Shown: piece after piece, positions 55,888 to 64,000 of the stretch | Numbering within the stretch: the first letter of the stretch is position 1 | How the letters are laid out: every line of letters starts with the position of its first letter | Program-made: the position numbers and the translations under genes | Source: Escherichia coli | GTDB lineage: Bacteria; Pseudomonadota; Gammaproteobacteria; Enterobacterales; Enterobacteriaceae | Length of the DNA: 64,000 bases | NCBI RefSeq assembly: GCF_965641715.1 | Contig: NZ_OZ282453.1 | Reading direction: 5' to 3' (one strand) | The notes under the pieces: model-generated | The model's input: the letters and a program-made list of their open reading frames with translations, nothing else | The model's database searches: none | Told to the model about the DNA's origin: nothing

Positions 55888-57780
55888 TTACATCACCAGA
55901 CGGCGAATGTCAGACAGCGTGTTGTTAATGATGGTAATGAAACGGGCACCATCAGCACCGTCGATCACGCGGTGGTCGAAGGAGAGAGAAATCGGCAGCA
56001 TCAGACGCGGCACGAACTCTTTACCATTCCACACCGGCTCCATCGCGGACTTGGAAACGCCGAGGATAGCCACTTCCGGCGCGTTCACAATCGGCGCGAA
56101 GTGGGTAGTACCCAGGCCGCCGATGCTGGAGATGGTGAAGCAACCGCCCTGCATTTCGCCCGCAGTCAGCTTACCATCACGCGCTTTCTTAGAAATAGTC
56201 ATCAGCTCGCGAGACAGCTCGATGATGCCTTTCTTGTTGACGTCTTTGAATACCGGAACAACCAGACCGTTCGGGGTATCCACCGCCACACCGATGTTGA
56301 TGTATTTCTTCAGGGTCAGACGCTGACCGTCTTCCGACAACGAACTGTTGAAGCGAGGCATCTGCTCAAGAGCTGCAGCAACGGCTTTCATGATGAAGAC
56401 AACCGGGGTGATCTTCACATCCAGCTTACGTTTCGCCGCTTCTTCGTTCTGCTGTTTACGGAACGCTTCCAGCTCGGTGATATCGGTTTTGTCGAAGTGA
56501 GTAACATGCGGGATCATCACCCAGTTACGGCTCAGGTTCGCACCAGAGATTTTCTGGATGCGGCCCAGTTCCACTTCTTCGATTTCACCAAACTTGCTGA
56601 AGTCCACCTTCGGCCACGGCAGCATGCCTGGGATACCGCCGCCAGTCGCTGCCGGAGCTGCTTCTGCACGTTTGATAGCTTCTTTCACGTAAGCCTGAAC
56701 GTCTTCGCGCAGGATACGACCTTTACGGCCAGTGCCCTTCACTTTCGCCAGGTTAACGCCAAACTCGCGTGCCAGACGGCGGATCAGCGGAGTCGCGTGA
56801 ACATAAGCGTCGTTTTCAGCAAATTCAGATTTGCCTTCCGCTTTTGCAGCCGGAGCTGCTGCCGGGGCTTCAGCTTTTGCTGCCGGTGCCGGCGCTGCCG
56901 CTTCCTGTTTCGCAGGAGCTGCCGCAGGCGCTGCGCCTTCAACTTCGAAGATCATAATCAGCGAGCCAGTTTTCACTTTATCGCCAACGTTGACTTTCAG
57001 TTCCTTCACGACGCCTGCAAACGGAGCCGGAACTTCCATAGAAGCTTTGTCGCCTTCTACGGTAATCAGTGACTGTTCAGCGGCAACTTTGTCGCCCACT
57101 TTCACCATCACTTCGGTCACTTCAACTTCGTCACCGCCGATATCCGGAACGTTAACTTCTTTCACGCCAGCTGCTGGTGCAGGGGCCGCTGCCGGAACCG
57201 CTTCCTGTTTAGCCGCCGGAGCTGCCGCGCCTGCTTCACCCGCGACTTCGAAGACCATAATCAGCGAGCCGGTAGACACTTTGTCACCCACGTTCACTTT
57301 GATCTCTTTCACGGTACCTGCAAACGGAGCCGGAACTTCCATAGAAGCCTTGTCGCCTTCTACGGTGATCAGCGACTGTTCAGCTTCAACTTTATCGCCA
57401 ACTTTCACCAGGATTTCGGTCACTTCAACTTCGTCGCTGCCGATATCCGGAACGTTAACGTCTTTTGCCGCCGCAGCCGCGGGTGCTGCTGCCGGAGCTG
57501 CTTCTTTCTTCTCTTCTGCCTGAGCAGGTGCAGCGTCTGCTGCACCGTCGGCGGAATCGAAAATCATAATCAGTGCGCCGGTCTGGGTTTTATCGCCAAC
57601 AGAGACTTTGATCTCTTTAACGATACCCGCCTGCGGAGATGGAACTTCCATAGAGGCTTTGTCGCCTTCTACGGTGATCAGCGACTGTTCGGCTTCAACT
57701 TTGTCGCCCACTTTGACCAGGATCTCGGTGATTTCAACTTCATCAGCCCCGATGTCCGGTACTTTGATTTCGATAGCCAT
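55888..57780 (-). CDS. aceF: Pyruvate dehydrogenase E2 (dihydrolipoamide acetyltransferase), three lipoyl domains
   Basis: 630 aa; three near-identical ~100-aa lipoyl repeats ([36 protein letters not shown]) and Ala/Pro-rich linkers. Confidence 0.95.
   Translation of the reverse strand: MAIEIKVPDIGADEVEITEILVKVGDKVEAEQSLITVEGDKASMEVPSPQAGIVKEIKVSVGDKTQTGALIMIFDSADGAADAAPAQAEEKKEAAPAAAPAAAAAKDVNVPDIGSDEVEVTEILVKVGDKVEAEQSLITVEGDKASMEVPAPFAGTVKEIKVNVGDKVSTGSLIMVFEVAGEAGAAAPAAKQEAVPAAAPAPAAGVKEVNVPDIGGDEVEVTEVMVKVGDKVAAEQSLITVEGDKASMEVPAPFAGVVKELKVNVGDKVKTGSLIMIFEVEGAAPAAAPAKQEAAAPAPAAKAEAPAAAPAAKAEGKSEFAENDAYVHATPLIRRLAREFGVNLAKVKGTGRKGRILREDVQAYVKEAIKRAEAAPAATGGGIPGMLPWPKVDFSKFGEIEEVELGRIQKISGANLSRNWVMIPHVTHFDKTDITELEAFRKQQNEEAAKRKLDVKITPVVFIMKAVAAALEQMPRFNSSLSEDGQRLTLKKYINIGVAVDTPNGLVVPVFKDVNKKGIIELSRELMTISKKARDGKLTAGEMQGGCFTISSIGGLGTTHFAPIVNAPEVAILGVSKSAMEPVWNGKEFVPRLMLPISLSFDHRVIDGADGARFITIINNTLSDIRRLVM
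56830..57780 (-). repeat. Three tandem ~300-bp in-frame repeats encoding the aceF lipoyl domains
   Basis: three-fold repetition visible in the protein and in the antisense ORF 56831..57523. Confidence 0.85.
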
Positions 57781-57794
57781 TATTCTTTTACCTC

Positions 57795-60458
57795 TTACGC
57801 CAGACGCGGGTTAACTTTATCTGCATCGATGTTGAATTTGGCGATTGCGTCAGCAACCACTTTCTTATCGATTTCGCCACGTTTAGCCAGTTCGCCCAGC
57901 GCCGCAACCACAACATAAGAAGCATCAACTTCGAAGTGGTGACGCAGGTTCTCACGGCTGTCGGAACGACCGAAGCCATCAGTACCCAGTACGCGGTAGT
58001 CGTCAGCCGGTACGTAAGTACGGACCTGCTCAGCGAACAGTTTCATATAGTCGGTAGATGCCACTGCCGGAGCGTCGTTCATCACCTGAGCGATATACGG
58101 AACGCGCGGAGTTTCCAGCGGGTGCAGCATGTTCCAGCGTTCACAATCCTGACCATCACGCGCCAGTTCGGTGAAGGAGGTCACGCTATAAACGTCAGAA
58201 CCTACGCCGTAATCTTTCGCCAGGATCTCTGCCGCTTCACGGACGTGACGCAGGATAGAACCGGAGCCCAGCAGCTGAACTTTACCTTTGCTACCTTCAA
58301 TGGTTTCGAGTTTGTAGATACCTTTACGGATACCTTCCTCAGCACCTTCCGGCATTGCCGGCATGTGGTAGTTTTCGTTCAGCGTGGTGATGTAGTAGTA
58401 AACGTTCTCTTGTTTTTCACCGTACATACGCTCCAGACCGTCATGCATAATGACAGCAACTTCGTAAGCGTAAGCCGGGTCGTAAGAGATACAGTTCGGA
58501 ATAGTCAGCGACTGAATGTGGCTGTGACCATCTTCGTGCTGCAGACCTTCACCGTTCAGGGTGGTACGACCGGAAGTACCGCCGATCAGGAAGCCACGCG
58601 CTTGCTGGTCGCCAGCCGCCCAGCACAGATCGCCGATACGCTGGAAGCCGAACATCGAGTAATAGATGTAGAACGGAATCATCGGCAGATTGTTGGTGCT
58701 GTAAGAGGTCGCCGCTGCCAGCCAGGAACAACCTGCGCCCAGCTCGTTGATCCCTTCCTGCAGAATCTGACCTTTCTCGTCTTCTTTATAGTAAGCAACC
58801 TGCTCGCGGTCCTGCGGGGTGTACTGCTGACCGTTCGGGCTGTAAATACCAATCTGACGGAACAGACCTTCCATACCGAAAGTACGCGCTTCGTCGGCGA
58901 TGATCGGTACCAGACGATCTTTGATCGACTTGTTCTTCAGCATTACGTTCAGGGCACGAACGAAAGCGATAGTGGTAGAGATCTCTTTGCTCTGCTCTTC
59001 CAACAGCGCGCCGAAGTCTTGCAGGCTCGGCAGCTCAAGCTTCTCGGTGAAGTTCGGCTGACGGCTTGGCAGATAACCGTGCAGTTTCTGACGCTGAGCG
59101 TGCAGATAGGTATGCTCTTCAGAACCTTCCGGGAAGGTGATGTACGGCAGTTTTTCGATATCTGCATCAGACACCGGCACATTGAAACGGTCGCGGATGT
59201 GACGCACACCGTCCATGTTCATTTTCTTAACCTGGTGCGCGATGTTTTTACCTTCAGCCGCGTCGCCCATGCCGTAACCTTTAATGGTATGAGCAAGGAT
59301 TACCGTCGCTTTGCCTTTGGTTTCCTGCGCTTTCTTGAATGCAGCGTAGATTTTCTTCGGATCGTGACCACCACGGTTCAGTGCCCAGATCTGCTCGTCA
59401 GTCCAGTCTGCAACCAGTGCTGCGGTTTCAGGATATTTACCGAAGAAGTGTTCACGAACGTACGCACCATCTTTCGATTTGAAGGTCTGGTAGTCGCCGT
59501 CAACGGTTTCGTTCATCAGCTGGATCAGTTTACCGCTGGTATCTTTACGCAGCAGTTCATCCCAACGGCTACCCCACATCACTTTGATCACGTTCCAGCC
59601 AGCACCTTCGAAGATGCCTTCCAGTTCGTTGATGATCTTGCCGTTACCGGTGACCGGGCCGTCAAGACGCTGCAGGTTACAGTTGATAACGAAGACCAGG
59701 TTATCCAGTTTTTCACGGGTAGCGATGGTGATCGCACCTTTGGATTCCGGTTCGTCCATTTCACCGTCACCGAGGAACGCGTAAACGGTTTGTTTAGAGG
59801 TATCTTTCAGGCCACGGTGTTCCAGATATTTCAGGAATTTAGCCTGGTAAATAGCACCAATCGGACCCAGACCCATAGATACGGTCGGGAACTGCCAGAA
59901 TTCCGGCATCAGTTTCGGGTGCGGATAGGAAGAGAGGCCATTGCCGTGAACTTCCTGACGGAAGTTATCCAGCTGCTCCTGAGTCAGACGACCTTCCAGG
60001 AAAGCACGAGCGTAAACGCCCGGGGAGATGTGGCCCTGGAAGTAAACCAGGTCGCCGCCATCCTGCTCGTTGCGTGCACGGAAGAAGTGGTTAAAGCACA
60101 CATCATAAATGGTCGCGGAAGACTGGAAGGACGCCATGTGGCCGCCCAGTTCGAGGTCTTTTTTCGACGCACGCAGAACCGTCATGATGGCGTTCCAGCG
60201 GATAGCTGAACGAATACGGCGTTCCAGTTCCAGATTACCCGGATACTCCGGTTGTTCTTCAACGGGGATGGTGTTGATGTAGTTGCTGATACCGGTGCCT
60301 GCGGCTACGTTGACACCGCCTTTGCGGGCTTCAGCAAGCAGTTGGTCGATCAGATACTGAGCACGCTCAACACCTTCTTCACGGATGACCGATTCGATCG
60401 CCTGGAGCCAGTCGCGAGTTTCGATCGGATCCACGTCATTTGGGAAACGTTCTGACAT
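57795..60458 (-). CDS. aceE: Pyruvate dehydrogenase E1 component
   Basis: 887 aa; [29 protein letters not shown]; ThDP-binding [10 protein letters not shown]. Confidence 0.95.
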
Positions 60459-60618
60459 GGGTTATTCCTTATCTATCTAATAACGTTGAGTTTTCTGGAA
60501 CCTGTCCCATTGAACTCTCGCCGGAAAGCTCAATAAGACAGGTTCTACGTTTAGTTGCCGCGCTTTTATATGCGCTTGATTTACAACATCTTCTGGATAA
60601 TTTTTACCAGAAAAATCA

Positions 60619-61383
60619 CTAATTCTTTCGTTGCTCCAGACGACGCAGAGAACGCTCACGGCGGCTCTCTTCACGGCTTCTGTCGAGCAAAATTTCTTCG
60701 ATAAAGGCCAGATGGCGATGCGATGCTTCGCGCGCTTCTTCCGGCTTACCGGCCATAATCGCTTCAAATATGCGGGTGCGGTGACTACTCACCAGCGGCA
60801 GCATCTCGCGACGCGAATAGAGCAATTCGAAGTTCTGGCGGACATTCTGGGCCAACATCGGCTCCATACACCTTAGCAGATGAAGCAGAACCACATTGTG
60901 GGCCGCTTCGGTGACGGCAATCTGATACTGGAGTACGGCGTTTGATTCCGCGTCCAGATCGCCAGACTGCTGCGCCAGTTCTATGGCGTGGTGGAGTTCA
61001 CGGATGCGTTCCTTGTCTTCATCGGTACTACGCAGCGCGGCGTAATAAGCGGCGATACCTTCCAGGGCGTGTCGTGTTTCGAGCAAGTCATACTGTGATT
61101 CAGGATGGTCGGAGAGCAGCTCTACCAGCGGATCGCTGAAGCTTTGCCATAGGCTGCTCTGGACAAAAGTGCCGCCACCCTGGCGACGAAGCAACAAGCC
61201 CTTCGCTTCGAGACGTTGAATCGCCTCACGCAAGGAGGGACGGGAGACGTCAAACTGTTTTGCCAGTTCGCGTTCCGGTGGGAGTTTTTCGCCCGGGCGG
61301 AGAGTGCCTTCGAGGATCAAAAACTCCAGTTGCTGCTCAATCACATCGGAGAGTTTTGGTTGGCGGATTTTGCTGTAGGCCAT
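60619..61383 (-). CDS. pdhR: Pyruvate dehydrogenase complex repressor (GntR family)
   Basis: ORF 60619..61416; 254-aa product from [26 protein letters not shown]. Confidence 0.95.
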
Positions 61384-61414
61384 GAGTTCCTGTCTTAAGC
61401 CACTTGCCGAAGTC

Positions 61415-61431
61415 AATTGGTCTTACCAATT
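61415..61431. promoter_or_regulatory. PdhR operator palindrome AATTGGTCTTACCAATT
   Basis: perfect 7-bp dyad (AATTGGT n3 ACCAATT) 32 nt upstream of the pdhR start. Confidence 0.8.
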
Positions 61432-61835
61432 TCATGTCTGTGACGCTAAAGTAACAAAGTATTCACCTTATGTCCATACAGGTTTTGATTGAAATCATGA
61501 AACTGTGCACATTTTAACAACTTGACATATATAACGTTTCAAAGTTGTAACTATGCACAAATGTAGACTTTACGTAGGAAAGGGATTTTTTAACGATTAT
61601 TAAACTATAAAAATCCGAATTGAACCGATTCACTTACCAATTTTGTGATTTTTAATTCAATTAAAACGAATTTAAATTCATTCTGCATATTGAGAGGAGT
61701 TGAGGCTGAGCTTTACAAACGGTTTCTTTTTAAGCAACTCATCTTCAACCATGCATAAAGCGGGTGCATTCGCTGCCGCATACCATTATTCTTGATCTGA
61801 CGGAAGTCTTTTTGTAACAATTCAAACTTCTTTGA

Positions 61836-61853
61836 TGTAAACAAATTAATACA
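61836..61853. promoter_or_regulatory. Candidate TyrR box (TGTAAA-N6-AATACA) in aroP promoter region
   Basis: partial match to TGTAAA-N6-TTTACA about 70 nt upstream of the aroP start; second weaker match at 61812..61829. Confidence 0.4.
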
Positions 61854-61923
61854 ACAAACGGAATTGCAAACTTACACACGCATCACTGCGTAGATCAAAA
61901 AAACAATCACCGCACGAGGTTTC

Positions 61924-63297
61924 ATGATGGAAGGTCAACAGCACGGCGAGCAGCTAAAGCGCGGCCTTAAAAACCGCCATATTCAGCTTATCGCGCTGGG
62001 TGGCGCGATAGGGACAGGACTATTCCTGGGTAGCGCCTCCGTAATACAGTCCGCAGGGCCAGGAATTATCCTGGGTTACGCCATTGCTGGTTTTATCGCC
62101 TTTCTGATCATGCGTCAGCTGGGTGAAATGGTGGTCGAAGAACCTGTCGCAGGCTCCTTTAGCCACTTTGCTTATAAATACTGGGGCAGCTTTGCTGGCT
62201 TCGCTTCTGGCTGGAACTACTGGGTACTGTACGTTTTAGTTGCCATGGCAGAGCTGACTGCTGTGGGTAAATACATTCAGTTCTGGTATCCGGAAATCCC
62301 AACCTGGGTTTCTGCCGCCGTGTTCTTTGTGGTGATTAACGCCATCAACCTGACCAACGTAAAAGTGTTTGGTGAGATGGAGTTCTGGTTTGCCATTATC
62401 AAAGTTATTGCGGTAGTAGCGATGATCATCTTCGGCGGCTGGCTGCTATTCAGTGGCAACGGCGGCCCGCAGGCGACCGTTAGCAACCTGTGGGATCAGG
62501 GTGGTTTCCTGCCGCACGGCTTCACCGGGCTGGTGATGATGATGGCGATTATCATGTTCTCGTTCGGTGGTCTGGAACTGGTGGGGATCACCGCAGCAGA
62601 AGCTGATAACCCGGAGCAAAGTATCCCGAAAGCAACTAACCAGGTTATCTACCGCATCCTGATTTTCTATATTGGTTCGTTAGCCGTTCTGCTCTCGCTG
62701 ATGCCGTGGACCCGCGTTACTGCTGATACCAGTCCGTTTGTACTGATCTTCCACGAATTGGGCGATACCTTTGTGGCAAATGCGCTGAACATCGTGGTAC
62801 TGACGGCTGCGCTCTCCGTGTACAACAGCTGTGTATATTGCAACAGCCGTATGCTGTTTGGTCTGGCACAACAGGGCAACGCGCCAAAAGCGCTGGCGTC
62901 TGTCGATAAACGCGGCGTACCGGTTAACACTATTCTGGTGTCTGCGCTGGTTACGGCATTGTGCGTCCTGATTAACTACCTTGCCCCAGAGTCCGCTTTC
63001 GGACTGTTAATGGCGCTGGTGGTATCCGCACTGGTCATCAACTGGGCGATGATCAGTCTGGCGCATATGAAATTCCGTCGTGCCAAACAAGAACAAGGCG
63101 TGGTAACTCGCTTCCCTGCTCTGCTTTATCCGCTGGGTAACTGGATCTGCCTGCTGTTTATGGCGGCGGTACTGGTGATTATGCTGATGACCCCAGGAAT
63201 GGCGATTTCGGTATACCTGATCCCGGTATGGCTGGTGGTGTTAGGCATCGGCTATCTGTTTAAAGAGAAAACCGCCAAAGCCGTAAAAGCGCATTAA
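61924..63297 (+). CDS. aroP: Aromatic amino acid:H+ symporter AroP (APC family)
   Basis: 457 aa; MMEGQQHGEQLKRGLKNRHIQLIALGGAIGTGLFLGSA. Confidence 0.95.
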   Translation: MMEGQQHGEQLKRGLKNRHIQLIALGGAIGTGLFLGSASVIQSAGPGIILGYAIAGFIAFLIMRQLGEMVVEEPVAGSFSHFAYKYWGSFAGFASGWNYWVLYVLVAMAELTAVGKYIQFWYPEIPTWVSAAVFFVVINAINLTNVKVFGEMEFWFAIIKVIAVVAMIIFGGWLLFSGNGGPQATVSNLWDQGGFLPHGFTGLVMMMAIIMFSFGGLELVGITAAEADNPEQSIPKATNQVIYRILIFYIGSLAVLLSLMPWTRVTADTSPFVLIFHELGDTFVANALNIVVLTAALSVYNSCVYCNSRMLFGLAQQGNAPKALASVDKRGVPVNTILVSALVTALCVLINYLAPESAFGLLMALVVSALVINWAMISLAHMKFRRAKQEQGVVTRFPALLYPLGNWICLLFMAAVLVIMLMTPGMAISVYLIPVWLVVLGIGYLFKEKTAKAVKAH

Positions 63298-63306
63298 TCT
63301 CTCTAC

Positions 63307-63331
63307 GCCCTCACCCGTGCAGGGTGAGGGT
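63307..63331 (+). terminator. Hairpin 3' of aroP (gccctcaccc-gtgca-gggtgagggt)
   Basis: 10-bp inverted repeat 10 nt past the aroP stop; weak T-run. Confidence 0.55.
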
Positions 63332-63455
63332 TGTTACCTGCCTCACACTTTTCCGTGCAAAGCGATTTTATCCATATCAGCGGCGTTATCCTGCAACGCA
63401 ATTTATCCATAGCGAGCGAATAATTATCCTCATCACTTGATGGGGAGTCTTCTCT

Positions 63456-64000
63456 ATGAATAGCAGTAAATTATCAGTAAGAGAAAAGATCGGCTACGGG
63501 ATGGGCGACGCAGGATGCAACATCATCTTTGGCGCTATCATGCTGTTTGTTAACTATTTTTATACGGATATTTTTGGTCTGACCCCGGCTCTCGTTGGCG
63601 TATTACTGCTCTCTGTACGGGTTATCGATGCCGTCACTGACCCGATTATGGGGGCCATTGCCGACCGCACCCAAAGCAAATATGGTCGTTTTCGCCCCTG
63701 GCTATTGTGGATTGCCTTCCCCTACGCGCTATTCAGCATCCTGATGTTTACCACGCCAGAATGGAGCTATAGCAGCAAGGTTATCTATGCCTTTGTTACC
63801 TATTTCCTGCTCTCCCTGACCTATACCGCCATTAACATTCCTTACTGCTCGTTAGGTGGCGTGATTACTAATGACCCACAAGAGCGCGTGGCCTGCCAGT
63901 CGTACCGTTTTGTGATGGTGGGCATCGCTACCCTTCTGCTCTCGCTGACGCTATTGCCGATGGTGGATCTATTTGGCGGCGGCGACAAAGCGAAAGGGTA
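63456..64000 (+). CDS. GPH-family (glycoside-pentoside-hexuronide):cation symporter, YicJ/MelB-like; 5' partial, runs off window
   Basis: manual translation from ATG 63456 (GGGGAG SD 8 nt upstream): MNSSKLSVREKIGYGMGDAGCNIIFGAIMLFVNYFYTDIFGLTPALVGVLLLSVRVIDAVTDPIMGAIADRTQSKYGRFRPW...; open to the window end; not in the ORF track because no stop is reached. Confidence 0.8.
   Translation, partial: MNSSKLSVREKIGYGMGDAGCNIIFGAIMLFVNYFYTDIFGLTPALVGVLLLSVRVIDAVTDPIMGAIADRTQSKYGRFRPWLLWIAFPYALFSILMFTTPEWSYSSKVIYAFVTYFLLSLTYTAINIPYCSLGGVITNDPQERVACQSYRFVMVGIATLLLSLTLLPMVDLFGGGDKAKG

Noticed and set aside
55843-57523. ORFs of 409 and 230 aa on the + strand with Ala/Gly/Ser repeats
   Set aside because: Antisense to aceF; the repetitiveness just mirrors the three lipoyl-domain repeats and Ala/Pro linkers.
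57936-60209. 757-aa ORF on the + strand
   Set aside because: Antisense shadow of aceE; the aceE frame has clear E1 motifs and this one has none.

Overview
This window is a contiguous stretch of Escherichia coli chromosome, matching the K-12 aroP-to-cdaR region read in reverse orientation (cdaR at the left edge, aroP at the right). I identify about 54 protein-coding genes, almost all conserved housekeeping loci: degP, dgt, mtnN, btuF, erpA, clcA, hemL, fhuBDC, mrcB, hrpB, thpR, sfsA, dksA, gluQ, pcnB, folK, panBCD, can, hpt, gcd, cueO, speED, acnB, lpdA, aceEF, pdhR and aroP. I found no rRNA, tRNA, CRISPR array, IS element or prophage. What stands out is a handful of strain-specific departures from the K-12 layout as I remember it; none could be confirmed by search here. 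(1) The rpnC (yadD) nuclease locus carries a second, diverged copy of its own 3' tail as a standalone 69-codon ORF with its own RBS, and rpnC itself has an internal SD-ATG that would produce the small RpnS-type C-terminal protein; this is the most system-like candidate. (2) fhuA has a 734-bp internal frameshifting deletion that removes the signal-peptide end, TonB box and plug domain, a classic T1/T5/phi80-resistance lesion. (3) An extra ~650-bp islet between gcd and cueO encodes a 172-aa predicted secreted protein of unknown function. (4) The yad chaperone-usher fimbrial operon is present in full but as divergent non-K-12 alleles, with the divergence starting inside the last codons of folK. 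(5) Immediately after aroP, where K-12 has ampE, a GPH-family sugar:cation symporter gene begins and runs off the window. Known regulatory landmarks (degP sigma-E promoter, fhuA Fur box, PdhR operator, a BIME/REP element, many intrinsic terminators) are readable directly. All K-12 coordinates and reference protein sequences used for comparison are from memory, not computed.
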